Program-made: the position numbers and the translations under genes
In this document: positions 28,703 through 38,606 of the stretch, piece after piece
How the letters are laid out: every line of letters starts with the position of its first letter
How positions within the stretch are numbered: the stretch's first letter is position 1
Notes under the pieces: model-generated
What the model saw: the letters and a program-made list of their open reading frames with translations, nothing else
Told to the model about the DNA's origin: nothing
Databases searched by the model: none
IMG/VR virus record: IMGVR_UViG_3300042731_004843
Span: 32,001-96,000 of that record
Direction: 5' to 3' (one strand)
Source: a virus
Length of the DNA stretch: 64,000 nt

Positions 28703-28755
28703 AGACTTCCTCCTGTTTGGGGCTGGAACAGCCTCTGCTTTTACTCTTCACCCTC

Positions 28756-28784
28756 CTTATACCCATCTGCCGCAGTATATTTCG
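28756..28784 (-). promoter_or_regulatory. putative phage-specific promoter
   Basis: CGAAA-N16-GGTATAAG, same as at 40201-40229. Confidence 0.55.
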
Positions 28785-28814
28785 TTGCCAGTTCTCCAGT
28801 TGATCTGGTAGGTT
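28785..28814 (+). promoter_or_regulatory. sigma70-like promoter of RNAP gene
   Basis: TTGCCA-N18-TAGGTT with extended -10 TG. Confidence 0.4.
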
Positions 28815-28841
28815 GTACGAACACATATACGGAGCGGCCTC

Positions 28842-31800
28842 ATGGCGCGTCTTTCCCCGGAAGAGAGCTTCGAAATTCTCAAGGACCGGGTCGCAGAGAC
28901 AGTCGGCGGGCTCTTCCCGATCGTAGGGAAGAAGCACACACTGGAACTGGGACAGGTCGACGTCAACGACAGGCTTCATATAGACGACATCCGTTCACAG
29001 AAGGAGGCCAAGCTGGGTAGCCGGACTTGGGCCGTCCCTGTGGAAGCTAAGGTCGTCTTACGAGACAACGACACAGGCAAGAGGGTGGATGAGCAAAAAC
29101 TCCGCCTCATGAGCTTGCCCAAGCACACCAGGCGCTACTCCCACATCGTCGATGGCCAGGAGTACCAGATCGACAACCAGTGGCGGCTGAAGTCCGGGGT
29201 CTACGCTCGAGTGAAGGACAATGGGGAGCTGAAGTCAGAGTTCAACCTGGCCAAGGGCAGGGGCTTCAGCTTGGGGTTCGACCCCAAGAACCGCCAGTTC
29301 CACATGTCGTACGGCACCTCCAACATACCGCTGGCCCCGCTGCTGCAAGAGATGGGTGTGCCACAAGCCAAGATACAGGAGCAATGGGGCTCTGCTATTG
29401 CCCAAGAGAACGATAAAGACGTAGAGCAGGCAGTACTGAAGTTCTACAAAGCCTCTACGGGTAAGAAGGCGGACGACTACGAGCAGGCGCGGCAGTACAT
29501 GAAGGACACGCTGACCGCGACAGAGCTGCGCCCAGACACTACGAAGGTCACGCTGGGCAAAGGGTACAAGTCGGTGACTGGGGACGCTTTGATGGATGCG
29601 TCTACCAAGCTGCTGCGCATATCCCAGGGTAAAGCAGAGCCAGATCCCAGAGACTCCTTGATGTTCAAGGACCTGCACAGCACGGAGGACTTTTTCGCTG
29701 AGCGGATCCAAAAGAGTGGTCGGGACATCACCCGGCGCATACAAAACACTCTAGATCGGAAGAAGCGTGTCAGCGACATCGTCGGCCCGGACGTCTTCAA
29801 TCGCCCCATCAGGACTATGTACCGCACTTCCCTGGCGAATGTCCCAGATCAAACCAACCCCTTGGAGATGATGTCTGGGCAGATGAAGACCACCATCACA
29901 GGCGAGGGAGGCATCAAGAGTTCGCACGCCATCACTGAGGACGCCAAGCTAGTCGACCCATCACACCTCGGGTATTTGGATCCGATACACACGCCGGAGG
30001 GGGCGTCCACAGGCGTGTCCCTGCGCATGCCTATCGGCGTGAAGAAGAAGGGCCACGATGTCGCCGTCAAGATGTTCAACGTCAAGACAGGCAGACTGGA
30101 GGACGTCAATCCAGAGAAGGCCATGAACTCCACTGTCGTCCTGCCTGACCAAGTTAGGTGGCAGGACGGCAAGCCTACGCCGGCCGGCAAAACGATCAAG
30201 ATGAGTGGGCCAGGTAATGAGATCGTCGAAGGGCCCATGAAGCAGGCGGACTACATCATGCGGGACCCCATACAGATGTTCTCCATGGCATCTAATCTGG
30301 TCCCTTTCGTGGCAGCAGACCACCCGAACCGCAGCACCATGGCGGGGAGGCACATGGAGCAGGCAATACCGCTACAACGGCGCAAGGCCCCCTTGGTGCA
30401 GAGTGTAGCGGGCACCAAGACTTTTGAGCGGGTGATGGGTGATTACGCCGGCCACACCACGCGCTTTGCTGGGGAGGTCGTGGGAATCAAGAAAGACGCC
30501 GTCGTCATCAAAGGAGACGATGGCAAGAATCATGAGGTTCAGCTATACGATCACTTCCCACTCAACGACGATAAAGGCTTCCTCCACTCGACTCCTACGG
30601 TGAAGGTTGGGGACAAGGTTAAAAAGGGCCAGCCGATAGCGGACACCAACTTCACAGATGGTGGGGCCCTAGCTCTAGGCACCAACCTCAAAGTCGGATA
30701 CATGCCCTACAAAGGGTACAACTTTGAGGACGGCATCGTGATCAGTGAAGGTGCCGCAAAGGAGTTGTCCAGCGAGCACCTTTACCGCAAGACCCTACAA
30801 CGAGACCGGCAGCACGTGCTGGACAAGAAGAAGTACCAGGCGTACGCGCCAGATGCCGTAACTCGAGAGCAATCAGACAAGCTCGATGATGAAGGGGTCA
30901 TCAAGCCAGGGCAGGTAGTGTCTCCGGGTGATACCCTGATCGCCGCACTACGCGAGAAGAAGGACACCAAGGAAGATCGCGAGCTCGCACGTATCCACAA
31001 GTCTCTAGTCCGGCCGTACACTGATGCCAGCGTGAAGTGGGAGGCTGACCACCCGGGGGTGGTGCAGGAGGTGGTAAAGAAGGGCAAGAAGTTGGCTGTC
31101 CACGTCAAGACTTTGGAGGCCGCTGAAATCGGGGACAAGATCGCCGGCCGTCACGGCAACAAAGGCATCATCACGAGCATTTTGCCGGATGACGAGATGC
31201 CACAGACCAAAGACGGCAAACCACTACAGATTCTGATGAACCCCACTGGCGTGCCCGGCCGTACTAACCTCGGCCAAGTGCTGGAGACGGCTGTCGGCAA
31301 GATAGCTGAGAAGACTGGTAAGCCGTACACGGTCAAGAACTTCCAGCCTAATGAAGATCTACACGCCAAAGTTACCGCAGATCTGAAGGCGCACGGGCTA
31401 CCTACTGACGGAAAAGAAGAAGTCGTGGACCCAAAGACCGGTAGGGTTTTGGGCAGGATCCTGACGGGGCCACAACATGTGGTCAAGTTGAAGCACCAAG
31501 TAGAGAAAAAGATGATCGCCAGGGCTGGTGGACCTGGCTATGCGTATGACAGGAACCTGGTACCCAAGGGAGGGGGCCCGCACGGGGCGCAGGCTTTGGG
31601 CACTCTCGGCCTCTACTCCATGCTGGCGCATGGCGCTAAGGCCAACTTGAGGGAGATGCAGACTCTCAAGAGTGACGCAGGCCAGAGTGATGAATTTTGG
31701 GCCGCCCTACAGGCTGGGGAAGCGCTGCCGGCGCCACGTCCCACGTTCGCGTACAAGAAATTCACCAGCTATCTCAACGCGCTAGGGGTCAACGTTAAGA

Positions 31801-34800
31801 AGGACGGCAACAATCTCTCACTCATCCCGTTCACCGATAAGCAGGTGGAGGAGATGAGTAATGGGCAGATCAAAGACGCAGCCAGGATGGTGCGGGCCAA
31901 GGACCTACGCCCAGAGACTGGAGGGCTGTTCGATCCCAAGACCACTGGCGGTGTTGACGGTACGAAGTGGAGCCACATTCGTCTGGCCGAGGCTATGCCC
32001 AACCCCTTGTTCGAGCGGGCGATACAGAGCCTCACCGGACTAGATCAGAAGAAGTACACGGATCTGGTTACTGGTAGGGCGGCTTTGGATAAGAGCGGCA
32101 ACCTGACCTCCAACTTGGACGCCGGCGTAACCGGTGGTGCTGCAATAGATAGTCTGCTCAAGAAGGTCGACACCAAGACGGCACTGGAACAGGCGCAGAA
32201 GGAGCTGGACAACCCCAACCTGAAGGGCAACCGCCTCGACCAAGCCAACAAGAAGGTCAAGTTCCTGCGGGCGCTAGATTCCGCAGGACTGAATGCCCGG
32301 GACGCGTACATGATGCAGAACGTACCGGTCCTGCCGCCGTCCATGCGCCCCATCTCCCAGCTACCTAATGGCGATCTCAATTTTGACGACGTCAATGGCC
32401 TCTACAAGGGGCTGCACCTAACGTCGTCCCAATTAAAGAAGCAGCAGTCTAGTAAGTTGCTGCCGCCAGAAGAGATGCAAGAGACCAGGGAGGAACTCTA
32501 TGATGGGCTACGTGCATTAACTGGTTTGGGCGGCAATCCAAGGCAGGAGTTCCGCGGCATCCTGGACGTGATCGGAGGCAAAAGACTGGAGACGTCTGGT
32601 GGCCGGGCAACTGGTAGAAAGGTGGGCTCACCAAAGGAGGGCTTCTTTCAGAAGAAGTTGGTGCAGAGAAAGCAGGACCTCTCTATGCGGTCCACCATCA
32701 TCCCCGAGCCGGCACTAGCTTTGGACGAGGTGGGGCTGCCCAGACGTGCGGCGCTTGAGCTCTACAAGCCATTTGTGGTTAGGGAGCTGCGCAACATAAC
32801 TGGCGCTTCCCCATTGGAAGCGCAGAAGAAGATCGGAGAGGGCGGACAGTTGGTAAACAGGGCGCTTGAGCGTGTGGTAGAAAGCCGCCCCGTCTTGTTG
32901 AAGAGAGACCCGGCACTGCACAAGTACAGTGTGCAGGCCTTCAAGCCGCGCATTGTGGGCGGCAAGGCTGTCCAGATCCACCCGCTGGTGACCTCCGGCT
33001 ACAACGCAGACTTTGACGGGGACACGATGGCCGCCTTCGTGCCCGTGAGTAATGAGGCCGTTGAGGAAGCCAAGAAGATGTACCCCTCGAGGAACCTTTT
33101 CAGCCCCTCGACTGGCAGCTTGATGTACTCCCCTACGCTGGAGACCCAGCTTGGTCTGTACGGCATCACGCAGCAAACCGGAAAGAAGACAGGCAAGCAG
33201 TTCAAGGACATCAAAGAGGTCCACTCCGCTTTGAACAAGGGCCAGGTAGGCCTCAATGATACTGTCCGAGTGGGTGGCCTGACGTCCACGACGGGTAAGT
33301 TTCTGGTGGGGGAGGCGCTACCAGAAGATATGCGCAAGGATTTCCTCAAGAGGAAAGACCCCCTGGACAAGGCCGGGCAAAAAGAGCTGCTTACAACACT
33401 GGCCAAGCAGCACCGCAATGACTACGGGGAGGTGGTCAACAAGCTAAAGGACCTGGGCAATCGCTGGTCGACGGATACCGCGTTCTCTATTGGTCTGGAC
33501 GACATCAAGCCGGAGACACGGACGAGAGATAAGATCTTGAAGGCCGCGGAGAAGCGAGTGGCTGCGGCAGGCGGCAAACCAGAAGCGGCCATACGGGAAT
33601 TCGACAAAGCCACGCAGGAGATGGCCAAAGAGTTCGCCAAGATGCCAGAGGGCCGTAGCGCGCTGCTCACTATGAACCGTTCCGGTATCAAGCCCTACAA
33701 CGACACTCTTCGGCAGATCAAGATGGCCCCCATGCTGATCGCTAACGCCAAAGGAGAGGTCATCCCCACTCCGGTACGCAAGTCCTACGCAGAGGGCCTG
33801 GATTTGGCAGACTACTGGACCTCGATGAGTGGGGCACGCAAGGGCATCATCCAGAAGGTACAACAGGTCCAAGAGCCTGGGTACTTGTCCAAGCAGGTTA
33901 TGAATTCTGTGATGAACAACACGATCGCGGACAATGACTGCGGTACGGACAAGGGTATTGCGCTGCCGACAGACGAGAAGGATATCCTAGACAGGTACAC
34001 GGCTGCGCCAGTACGGGCTGGAAAGAAGACCATACCCGCAGGTACGTTGGTCACTCCAGAAGTACGGAACACGTTGCGTAACAACAGGGTAGGGCGGGTG
34101 GTGGTGCGCTCTCCTTTGCGCTGCCAGCACGGCCCAGGTCTCTGTAAGAAGTGTTACGGCCTTACTGAAGACGGAAGAGAGCCGGAAGTAGGCTTGAATG
34201 TGGGCGTGTTGGCCGGACAGGCACTAGGTGAGCGCGCCACCCAGCTGGCTATGAAATCCTTCCACACGGGGGGCACTGTAGCGACCAAGGAGGGCCTGGT
34301 AGATGAGTTTCAGCGGGTAAAGAACTTGCTGCTCTTCCCCAAGACTCTGCCGGGATCTGCTACTCTGTCTACCGTGAACGGCAAGGTAGACAAGATAGAG
34401 AAGGACCCTGCCGGTGGACACAACGTGTTCATCTCTGGGGAGAGGCACTACGTTCCCCAGAAGCGGGGCGTGCCCATGATGGGCGGAAAGACATTGCGCA
34501 GAGGGGCCCAGGTTAAGAAGGGTGCCGCGATCTCCGGGGGGGTGGTGAACCCGCACGATATGCTGCCGCTGACTGGTGTGGAGCCCGTACAGGGCTACCT
34601 ATCCAATGAGCTGCACAACATCTACGGGCCTCATGGTATCCGCCGCAGGAATACCGAAGTGGTGGTCAAGTCGCTAACGAATCTCACCAAGGTGGATGAT
34701 CCCGGAGACCACCGTGAGTTCATCCGTGGCGACTTTGCGCCACAAACACTGGTCGCGAATATGAACAGGCGAGACAAAGGCAAACGGCCTGTACGCCACA

Positions 34801-35000
34801 CACCAATCCTCAAGGGCGTGGACATGCTACCGCTGGACATGCAAGAGGATTGGATTGCTAGAATGAATCACCAACGACTGTCTCAGACAGTCGTGGCGGC
34901 AGCGCAGCAGGGGTGGACCAGCAAGCTGCATGGTAAGCACCCTATTCCTCCGGTTGTTTATGGTGCAGAGCTGGGCAAAGCAAAACCTGGAGAATACTAA
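28842..35000 (+). CDS. rpoBC: single-chain DNA-directed RNA polymerase, beta-beta' fusion
   Basis: Beta motifs: SHLGYLDPIHTPEG, GYNFEDG, GDKIAGRHGNKG; beta' motifs: PVLLKRDPALH, YNADFDGD, GARKG, GQALGERATQLAMKSFHTGG. Confidence 0.95.
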   Translation: MARLSPEESFEILKDRVAETVGGLFPIVGKKHTLELGQVDVNDRLHIDDIRSQKEAKLGSRTWAVPVEAKVVLRDNDTGKRVDEQKLRLMSLPKHTRRYSHIVDGQEYQIDNQWRLKSGVYARVKDNGELKSEFNLAKGRGFSLGFDPKNRQFHMSYGTSNIPLAPLLQEMGVPQAKIQEQWGSAIAQENDKDVEQAVLKFYKASTGKKADDYEQARQYMKDTLTATELRPDTTKVTLGKGYKSVTGDALMDASTKLLRISQGKAEPDPRDSLMFKDLHSTEDFFAERIQKSGRDITRRIQNTLDRKKRVSDIVGPDVFNRPIRTMYRTSLANVPDQTNPLEMMSGQMKTTITGEGGIKSSHAITEDAKLVDPSHLGYLDPIHTPEGASTGVSLRMPIGVKKKGHDVAVKMFNVKTGRLEDVNPEKAMNSTVVLPDQVRWQDGKPTPAGKTIKMSGPGNEIVEGPMKQADYIMRDPIQMFSMASNLVPFVAADHPNRSTMAGRHMEQAIPLQRRKAPLVQSVAGTKTFERVMGDYAGHTTRFAGEVVGIKKDAVVIKGDDGKNHEVQLYDHFPLNDDKGFLHSTPTVKVGDKVKKGQPIADTNFTDGGALALGTNLKVGYMPYKGYNFEDGIVISEGAAKELSSEHLYRKTLQRDRQHVLDKKKYQAYAPDAVTREQSDKLDDEGVIKPGQVVSPGDTLIAALREKKDTKEDRELARIHKSLVRPYTDASVKWEADHPGVVQEVVKKGKKLAVHVKTLEAAEIGDKIAGRHGNKGIITSILPDDEMPQTKDGKPLQILMNPTGVPGRTNLGQVLETAVGKIAEKTGKPYTVKNFQPNEDLHAKVTADLKAHGLPTDGKEEVVDPKTGRVLGRILTGPQHVVKLKHQVEKKMIARAGGPGYAYDRNLVPKGGGPHGAQALGTLGLYSMLAHGAKANLREMQTLKSDAGQSDEFWAALQAGEALPAPRPTFAYKKFTSYLNALGVNVKKDGNNLSLIPFTDKQVEEMSNGQIKDAARMVRAKDLRPETGGLFDPKTTGGVDGTKWSHIRLAEAMPNPLFERAIQSLTGLDQKKYTDLVTGRAALDKSGNLTSNLDAGVTGGAAIDSLLKKVDTKTALEQAQKELDNPNLKGNRLDQANKKVKFLRALDSAGLNARDAYMMQNVPVLPPSMRPISQLPNGDLNFDDVNGLYKGLHLTSSQLKKQQSSKLLPPEEMQETREELYDGLRALTGLGGNPRQEFRGILDVIGGKRLETSGGRATGRKVGSPKEGFFQKKLVQRKQDLSMRSTIIPEPALALDEVGLPRRAALELYKPFVVRELRNITGASPLEAQKKIGEGGQLVNRALERVVESRPVLLKRDPALHKYSVQAFKPRIVGGKAVQIHPLVTSGYNADFDGDTMAAFVPVSNEAVEEAKKMYPSRNLFSPSTGSLMYSPTLETQLGLYGITQQTGKKTGKQFKDIKEVHSALNKGQVGLNDTVRVGGLTSTTGKFLVGEALPEDMRKDFLKRKDPLDKAGQKELLTTLAKQHRNDYGEVVNKLKDLGNRWSTDTAFSIGLDDIKPETRTRDKILKAAEKRVAAAGGKPEAAIREFDKATQEMAKEFAKMPEGRSALLTMNRSGIKPYNDTLRQIKMAPMLIANAKGEVIPTPVRKSYAEGLDLADYWTSMSGARKGIIQKVQQVQEPGYLSKQVMNSVMNNTIADNDCGTDKGIALPTDEKDILDRYTAAPVRAGKKTIPAGTLVTPEVRNTLRNNRVGRVVVRSPLRCQHGPGLCKKCYGLTEDGREPEVGLNVGVLAGQALGERATQLAMKSFHTGGTVATKEGLVDEFQRVKNLLLFPKTLPGSATLSTVNGKVDKIEKDPAGGHNVFISGERHYVPQKRGVPMMGGKTLRRGAQVKKGAAISGGVVNPHDMLPLTGVEPVQGYLSNELHNIYGPHGIRRRNTEVVVKSLTNLTKVDDPGDHREFIRGDFAPQTLVANMNRRDKGKRPVRHTPILKGVDMLPLDMQEDWIARMNHQRLSQTVVAAAQQGWTSKLHGKHPIPPVVYGAELGKAKPGEY

Positions 35001-35314
35001 TGAACGAGATCCAAATGGCCAGCATGTCAGACGAGATAGGTAAGATCAAGCAAGCCGGTATCGGTAGCGTGCTCAAAGGCGTGGGCAAGTTCTTCAAGGG
35101 TGGTCTGGAGGGGGCAGGACAGCTGGCTAGTAAGTCTGGGCGGTCAGGGTTGTGGCAACAGACTAAGAGCCTCCCTGGGCAGATGCGAGAGTCCTTCCGA
35201 CAAGGTGGCCTGGCCGGAGCAGGAAGAACGCTGGCGGGGTCTACTCCCGCTCAGATAGCTGGCGTGGCTGCGGTCCCGTTCGCTGCTGGCAGATTGTCGA
35301 AGCGAGACAACTAG
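35000..35314 (+). CDS. small Gly-rich amphipathic protein with DEIGKIKQA leader
   Basis: TAATG coupling to RNAP gene; leader motif. Confidence 0.6.
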   Translation: MNEIQMASMSDEIGKIKQAGIGSVLKGVGKFFKGGLEGAGQLASKSGRSGLWQQTKSLPGQMRESFRQGGLAGAGRTLAGSTPAQIAGVAAVPFAAGRLSKRDN

Positions 35315-36580
35315 ATGTCCTTCCCCAATTCACCCTCATCCTCCAGGATGAGGCCCGCCTGGATCGAGACCGGGACGGTGGCCAATGTAAACGCCAAAAA
35401 CATGACGTTGGACTGGGTATCCCAGTACACCGGCAAGCAGATCCCTGACGTGCAGTGGATGTCCTCGTACGTACACTACAGCAACGGCGAGGGGTTCACG
35501 TGCGTGCCGGAGGTTGGCGCCCTGTGTGCTCTGTGCTTTCCGTCTGATGACGATCCGCCCTTCGTACTTGGGTTTCTCACAGGGCCCGAGCTGATTGGGG
35601 CAGATGCCGGAGACCTACAGGAGAAGGTAGAGGATCCCGGCGTAGAGAATGAAGAAGACCTGCCGCAGTCGCAGACCACCCAGGCGGGAGGGACTACTAG
35701 CCCCACCGCTAACCCCAGCGATGCTAGCTTCCGTGGTGGCAGGCCAATACTAAACCCAGGGGACATGTATTGGCAGGGACGCAACGAGAACTTCGTGGTG
35801 CTTCGGCGCGGGGGCGTGCTGCAGCTGGGCAGCACTCAGATCTGCCAGCGGGTCTACATCCCAGTCGGTAATATCATCAGGGATTTCTGCGAGAACTATG
35901 AGCTGAACACGGCAGCAGGCACCCTGAGCTGGCAGGTCAAGCGCAACGAGAGCAATCCCAGCGGCAACGCGCCCTCCGAGTTCGAGCTCATCTCCAGGGA
36001 GAACGCCCAGGATAAGTACGCTTCTGTGAAGGTAATGATTGGTACGCCCCGTGACGACAAGGCTAAAAAGAAGCTGTCTAGCGGCAACAACGCGTTCATA
36101 GAACTTGTCCTGGCCCCTCAGAAGATCGACCCGAATACGGGAGAGGTGTCTGGCAAAGGTGTGTTCGTGATCAGAGTAGACAAAGAGGGCAACTCGTTTG
36201 TCTACCAGGCGGGGGATCGAGACGAGGAGGTAGGCAACGACACAGTCACGGTCAGGGGCGCGCAAAATGTAGAAGTCGCGGGGGCGCGCACGATCAAGTC
36301 CCAGAGTGAGAGTAAAGAACTGCAGGGCAATCAGGACGTTAAGGGCGCAGCTAGCACAGAGACTTGGAGTGGAACCAAGACGATAGCAGCAGCACAACTG
36401 CTGCTTGGAGGTACTGGGGCTTCCGAGCCGGGCGTGCTTGGTCTAAAATTGGCGGCATGGTTGTCATCGCACACACATACGGTCACCGTGCCACCAGGGA
36501 CAGCGGTAGTATCGACGCCGCCCATGACTGCACAGGCTTTGCCCGATGCGATTCTCTCGACCAAAGTAAAGCTGTTATGA
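35315..36580 (+). CDS. baseplate central spike (gpV/gp5-like)
   Basis: N-terminal OB-fold-like G.V..V/VPEVG, beta-repeat stretch, C-terminal HTH (His-x-His) apex motif. Confidence 0.7.
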   Translation: MSFPNSPSSSRMRPAWIETGTVANVNAKNMTLDWVSQYTGKQIPDVQWMSSYVHYSNGEGFTCVPEVGALCALCFPSDDDPPFVLGFLTGPELIGADAGDLQEKVEDPGVENEEDLPQSQTTQAGGTTSPTANPSDASFRGGRPILNPGDMYWQGRNENFVVLRRGGVLQLGSTQICQRVYIPVGNIIRDFCENYELNTAAGTLSWQVKRNESNPSGNAPSEFELISRENAQDKYASVKVMIGTPRDDKAKKKLSSGNNAFIELVLAPQKIDPNTGEVSGKGVFVIRVDKEGNSFVYQAGDRDEEVGNDTVTVRGAQNVEVAGARTIKSQSESKELQGNQDVKGAASTETWSGTKTIAAAQLLLGGTGASEPGVLGLKLAAWLSSHTHTVTVPPGTAVVSTPPMTAQALPDAILSTKVKLL

Positions 36581-36592
36581 TAGGAGAGGACC

Positions 36593-38605
36593 ATGGATCT
36601 CTTCCTCGACGATAAAAAACTGACGTTTGAAAAGCTCGGTATGGAAGCCAGGATGTCGGAGGAACCGAACGACTGGCCGGAGCAGATCTTAGACCAGCTC
36701 TTCAAGCAGGTACCTTTTGCCAGTGACTACAACCCCAAGGTAGTACTGGATGAGATCGACCCAGACCGGCGCTACGCGTTGGGGAAGGTGGAGCTCCACA
36801 ACCAGATGGCCATCAATCCTCGGGACGACTCCACCCCGATGGAACTGCAGGGCAAGCAGAAGGTCCTCATACCGATCGTCATCAAAGACGGCAGGCTTGC
36901 TCCGCTAGACCTGCTAATGCACAGCGGTTTTGTGGAGCCGCTTACTGAAGACCGCCTACGTGCGGCCCTCTTCCGTCCGTCACTCTTCGAGGCGATACGT
37001 AAGCGGCCAGGCGACATGAGCCTTATCGAGCAGCTCTACCCACCCAATCGGCAGTACGGCGGCGCCAGGGGCCCCCTAGTGGCTGACGTAGGTGCCGGGG
37101 GTATGGCTCGTACAGCATCGGCCAAGCCGGAGTTTCTTCTCGACGCCATCATGCCTACCGTCAAGAAGGCGCACGTCCAGAAGGTGGCCCAGCAGATCGG
37201 CAACGATCCAGTGCTGAGATCCGCACTCTTCTCCAACGACGCCGTCATCCCCTTCATGTCCAAGCTGGCAGAGGTGGAGGCAGTAGAGAAGGACCCGGAC
37301 GACTACCTGCGTAAGATCGCAGGCAGCATCCCGCCCAACGTCATCCAGGTGCGAAAGATCCCTGGTGGTTTCAGGATCAAGACAGCCCAGAGTGAGGCGC
37401 TGGTACCCAGCTCCGATGATGTGGACAGGCCGACGGCTGTCGGCTCTCTCGGTGGGGACCTGGTGTCTGCCGTGGAGCGTGACGGTACGACCACCATCAG
37501 TACCATGTCCGGGGCCAAAGATACGCTCGAGGACCTGGTCATCACCACAGTCACCGAGTTCGGTCTCTACAAGGTCAAGCGTTTGGGGGACAACAAGGAG
37601 ATGGTGGGTTGGGTATTCCCGAAAGTTATGGCCTTCACTGGAGAGGTCCTGCCGATCGCTGTGTTCTCCAACGGTAGCGCGTCCGCCATGCAAGAGAATA
37701 TAGCTGGCGTGCCGGTAGGCAGGCAGCCGGATGTACTGGACTCGCCTCCCCAGGGCTTGGGAGTCTTCTACTACGCCACCTCGAGCGGAGCCATGGCGTT
37801 GGTGCCTGTGATGGTCAAGGGCGAGGCAGAGACCCCGGAGGGGGTCTCGTACGTCTGTGAGACCATCATGGGGGAGCGCTGTGGAGTGATCAAGGTCCCG
37901 GGCCTGAAGAGCATACAAGTCATAGAGGAGGGCAGGTACGGTATCCCGGAGGACTGTGGGTTCATGCCCATGGACAACCCCACAGATCTAGTCTCCAGCC
38001 CTGACGAGTTTATCAAGCAGGCTGAAGCGCTCATGGTGGCCGGCGATGGGGTACGTATCATCACTGACGGCAGCTGCTACACCTTCGATGGCCCAGCCAT
38101 CGATAAGCTGGCCGGTGTGCTGCCCACCCAGTTTTTGGACAGGGATGACGCGGTATTCCTGGGCGCCGTGCTTGGTCAAGAGCCAGAGAAGCTGGCGCAC
38201 AAACTGGACAGCATCCGCAGCAAGGGCGGGCAAGAGCTGTGGATCCAGGCGGTTCCAGCCACCACCATGCGGGAGAAGTACGCGGAAGCCAGAGCTAGTG
38301 CCAAGGAGAGGTTGGACAATCTCCCCGACATGAGGACTGACCTGCTTAAGGAGGCGGCTCCGATAGAGGACCCAGCTGCTGTGGACAAGATCCTTTCTGT
38401 GGGATTCCTCAATCCAGAGAACGTGTCGATCTTCGCTAGCTACGAGCCGGAGATAGAGGCTACGATCAAGAAGCTGTCGGAGCTGCTCATGGCCTCGAGG
38501 ATGGGGCTGGGGTCTGTGGAGGAGGGGGCTCTCCAGAAAGCAATCGTTCACCTCGATAAGGTAGTGGCTGGACTGAAGACGATCGGTTCTATGCCGCAGG
38601 CATAA
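36593..38605 (+). CDS. large KxA-containing putative virion protein
   Basis: 670 aa; EKLG, RTAS, SKLA, RKIA, IKQA, DKLA, LKEAA. Confidence 0.6.
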   Translation: MDLFLDDKKLTFEKLGMEARMSEEPNDWPEQILDQLFKQVPFASDYNPKVVLDEIDPDRRYALGKVELHNQMAINPRDDSTPMELQGKQKVLIPIVIKDGRLAPLDLLMHSGFVEPLTEDRLRAALFRPSLFEAIRKRPGDMSLIEQLYPPNRQYGGARGPLVADVGAGGMARTASAKPEFLLDAIMPTVKKAHVQKVAQQIGNDPVLRSALFSNDAVIPFMSKLAEVEAVEKDPDDYLRKIAGSIPPNVIQVRKIPGGFRIKTAQSEALVPSSDDVDRPTAVGSLGGDLVSAVERDGTTTISTMSGAKDTLEDLVITTVTEFGLYKVKRLGDNKEMVGWVFPKVMAFTGEVLPIAVFSNGSASAMQENIAGVPVGRQPDVLDSPPQGLGVFYYATSSGAMALVPVMVKGEAETPEGVSYVCETIMGERCGVIKVPGLKSIQVIEEGRYGIPEDCGFMPMDNPTDLVSSPDEFIKQAEALMVAGDGVRIITDGSCYTFDGPAIDKLAGVLPTQFLDRDDAVFLGAVLGQEPEKLAHKLDSIRSKGGQELWIQAVPATTMREKYAEARASAKERLDNLPDMRTDLLKEAAPIEDPAAVDKILSVGFLNPENVSIFASYEPEIEATIKKLSELLMASRMGLGSVEEGALQKAIVHLDKVVAGLKTIGSMPQA

Positions 38606-38606
38606 G

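Noticed and set aside
28842-35000. Host chromosomal rpoBC (bacterial contig or chimera)
   Set aside because: No ribosomal protein neighbours, sequence is reduced and diverged, and it is coupled to a phage-type ORF
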